Of a DNA stretch of 64,000 nt, positions 60,921 to 64,000 are shown piece by piece. Each line of letters opens with the position of its first letter. Positions within the stretch are counted from its first letter, which is position 1. Source of the DNA: Klebsormidium nitens (taxonomy: Eukaryota > Plantae > Klebsormidiophyceae); the NCBI GenBank assembly GCA_000708835.1, contig DF237212.1, forward strand, positions 1 through 64,000, written 5' to 3'. A program made the translations under genes and the position numbers. The notes beneath the pieces were generated by a model. The model was not told where the DNA came from. It saw only the letters and a list, made by a program, of their open reading frames with translations, and searched no databases.

Positions 60921-62787
60921 GTGCATTCATCGGAGGTAGTGTGTTGCTGCCGGGCGGCTCAGATAGATTAAGTGCGACCATTCACTGCAAGAGTTTGATG
61001 GTGGCAGTTGAGGCCCTGCCTCTGCAAGTCCGTGGAGGCAGGCAGTGTGCCTGGAATCAGTAGATCAGAGCGCAGGTCCTGATGAAGGGGGGGAGTGTGT
61101 GACAGTCCGTGTTCCTCTTCATCTTTGATTGGGGTGGTAGCGTAGGACTTGACCTCCCCGAGGCGGATGTCCCGGTGTAACCATGTAGAGGGCAGCCGTG
61201 TCAAAGGGTAGACTAAGGTTTAAGCAAAGCCTGGCAGCGAGTGTGCATGCAAGCTTTGAGGGCTTTGCATTGCAGCAGTTTGTCGGGGGCCCATTCTTGT
61301 GGGACACCATGCAAGGTTTTTAGTTAGCACGGGCTTGCATTGGGGTTCCCTAGGTATCTGAAGTGGTATATGCAGGCTCAGTTTCAGCGGAGCCAGTGCA
61401 TGCTACTTCCTTGTAGAAAGGTATTACAAAGCAGCGGCTCCGTTGTGAATAGAATGCAAGCCTTTGGTAGCTCGAAGCTTGCTGAATTAGCTTGGGACTG
61501 CCTTCTTATAGTTCCCAAGTTAAGAGAGTCCGTCCTGCGTTAGTGTTCTGTACCACAAGAAAGACGAGCCTGCTAGCTGTAGAGGGTTTGGCAAACTGTA
61601 ATCAACGCACTGTATGTAGTATACAGAATGAGTGTGAGATCTTGTAATGAGACTGAGTTTATACTCCTTTTTCGCCTGTTCAATACATCAAGTTTCCTAA
61701 GTTTCAGAAATTATGTTTCCAGTGGCCTTTCTCAGAACTTGTGTGTTGCTTGTGGATAACATGGGAAGACATGGCTTCCACGTAATCTTGACTTTGACCT
61801 ATTTGACTTGATAATATTCTGTATGAATGACCCGAGCTTCACTGTCTGCGCACCTTACATGAACATGAGTGAATCATGTCAGACTGGTCGGATTGTTACT
61901 ACTTGCTAAATGAACGCATCCGTGCTGCTTGAGTCTGGCTTTCACATTCTGATTTGGACTTTCAAATCAAGTGCAAGCACATGTGCATGCATGCTACGGC
62001 AATGTACCTACGTACTAACAGGCAGTTCAGCTAAATTGAGTCGCCGCGCAGCAAGCATGGGCGGCTTGAGCAATAGCTCTGGGTACAATGCAGTAGTGGT
62101 CACTGCAAATGCATGAGCATTTCGCAGTGTTCATGCAGCGAGTGCTGCATGCATTGCATTCGACGCTGCCGCATATCACATGGCCGCGCTACGGCGTGAG
62201 CCACATATAAAGGCCTGAGCCACACCGAGTCCACTAGGCTTGATATGGCATACTACTCAGCTTACAGCAGTTTGTCGGCTACATGCATTGACCTGATCCT
62301 ATGGGTCAACCGCTCTCCTACTGGTTACAACAGTTCACAATATAGCCCTGCTTAAATGTCTGCACGCGATCATCTCACATAGGCTGATTCCGAAGAGGGA
62401 AGCTAATTTGTCATGGGATACATGTGCAGCCAGAGATGTGGTTGCTTGATGCTGTAATTGATACTGGACTTTGGCTAGGATAGTCAGACAAAACGACATC
62501 ATGATCACTGGACCCCTGGAACTTGCGAACAAGCGCGTTGCACCGCCATACAGGACGATTATGAGAGGCGATGCTACATTGCGAGGGTGCGACCAAAACA
62601 GTGTCGAATATGATTCAAGGAGTAAGGGGTATCCAAGGTATCTATTTCAGTTCGAACTTGGACGCAAAGAGATAATGGGTAAATGATTAGCTCAAGTGGC
62701 AAATCAGAAGGAGCCCGCACGTCGGATGTATTTACATTAATGTCCCCTTTGAAGCTGAGCGAGAAAGTCTTCTGGAGTCCGTCGTCT

Positions 62788-63436
62788 TCAGAAGATGAAG
62801 TCCGGAACCTCCAACGGAAACCGTTCCACCTTGACATCAAACTCCGGACCGATAGGCTTCGAAAGGCTGCAAATAAGGAGTTTGTGGAGGCTGGTGTCCC
62901 TTCACAAATGTCCAAACTTCGAAGTAACGGCTTCTTGTTAATTTAGGCCAGTCCAAAGGCCAGTAAAGATTTCACCAACGTGAGAGGCGGACAGGATACA
63001 GAGCATTCCAAGAAAAAGGTAGCATTAATGCCAAAAAGATTTGGTGTAAATCTGGACCCAGGACTGTGGCCGCCTTGCTTTGGCTAAACAACAAAACGCT
63101 CTAGACAGAAGTGAACGGCAGAGACATTGGTCTTCACCGACGTTTGCCTGCTCATCTCGCCGTTTTTTGACCGGTAGTTGGGTCCGTACATGTATACCTG
63201 ATGCTCTCTATGTTTTCATAGACCGGTATCAAACGTAATATCGAGGCATCCGGAAATGGAAACCGCAACAACTTGATTGCCCTGCTTTGGTATATATAGA
63301 AGAAACAAAGCGGGCTCGAGTCTGCTTACCTCCCGGGCACAAACTGGAGGGATCCCTCCATGGAGCCCTTTTTGGAGTTTGAGTTGCTGCAGCTCTGGTA
63401 CAAGAACTCGGGCTGGCCCGGCTGCAGGAGCGGGTA
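62788..63436 (-). CDS. SKIP16: 3' end (last two exons) of an ApaG-domain F-box gene, SKIP16/FBXO3-like; upstream exons lie beyond the window
   Basis: Exons 63436-63330 and 62866-62788 join in frame: YPLLQPGQPEFLYQSCSNSNSKKGSMEGSLQFVPGSLSKPIGPEFDVKVERFPLEVPDFIF*. This closely parallels the recalled Arabidopsis SKIP16 end, YPLLQAGEEEFVYESC..GSIDGSFTFVPGSL.DPKG.QFEVKV.EFPLELPDYIF. Confidence 0.9.
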
Positions 63437-64000
63437 CTGCACGCAGCGCGGAAGGGGAGAAGTCAGTGAATTTAACAAGTGCCGGAAGAGGACAGCGGCA
63501 AACTAGAAGCAGCAACAAATCGGTGTGAAAATCTAGCGAACCCCATGAGAACCTCACTAGTGGGTCTCTGTGTCGAACCTTGGGAGAGCTCCACAACAGG
63601 TGCGCTCCAGGGTGCCAGCCATTCAGAAACCGTGATCAACCTGGTGTCATCCGGACGGAGTCGAGGTCTTGCCTTTCGACAATCGGCAGGGCCGAAGAAG
63701 AAGCACGGCAGGCTGAGTGAAGGGACCCATCGAATCACGAGACAAGAGTTGAGGAAGCAAGGGGGAGTTGTTTCCAAGGAAGAGGCGAAGAGACTGCAAA
63801 GATGTTTGATTGAGGCACTTGAAGAATCTAGAATACAAGCGGAAGTGATTGCAGATATTGTTTCCCGACCAAGTTGGCACTGCTTGTGATGACCCGTCAA
63901 GAACTTACAGACGCAGGCTTCAAGGGGGCCATTGTGTCCACGACTTGAGGTATCGCTCAAGGCTGCCCGGCGCCTCACAGAATCCCATCCGGAAACAGCA

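Noticed and set aside
63479-63978. 136-168-aa ORFs at the window end
   Set aside because: No recognisable motifs; they lie in the intron upstream of the SKIP16-like penultimate exon.
1-64000. tRNA, rRNA, snRNA genes, U12 introns and intact transposase/RT ORFs
   Set aside because: No GTTCRA-type T-loop in a cloverleaf context, no rRNA signature, no GTATCCTT/ATATCCTT donor at any modelled junction, and no RT/integrase/transposase motifs were recognised by eye.

Overview
Eukaryotic nuclear DNA, intron-rich (GT-AG, mostly 100-500 bp introns), with plant-type gene content. By inference it comes from an early-diverging streptophyte alga (Klebsormidium-like); this cannot be proven from the sequence alone. 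The ORF track is fragmented by introns, so exons were joined by hand. Eleven complete genes and one partial gene are supported. In order: complex I 75-kDa subunit NDUFS1 (+); a large protein with the HEIP1/REDIC1 (C12orf40) meiotic-crossover N-terminal motifs (+); APE1L AP endonuclease (+); AtOZI1/DUF1138 (plant COX4-like) (+); a bacterial XylB-type FGGY sugar kinase (-) head-to-head with an Sgpp-type HAD sugar phosphatase (+), with a perfect 57-bp palindrome between them; an ABCG half-transporter (+) with duplicated decoy splice acceptors, micro-exons and a triplicated stop codon; RRP6/EXOSC10 (-, spanning a 432-N gap) head-to-head with a mitochondrial type-I DnaJ (+); a membrane-anchored GDPD (-); a small disordered protein of unknown family (+); and the 3' end of a SKIP16/FBXO3-type ApaG F-box gene (-). 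No tRNA, rRNA, CRISPR array or intact transposon ORF was recognised. Family assignments come from recalled motifs, not database searches.
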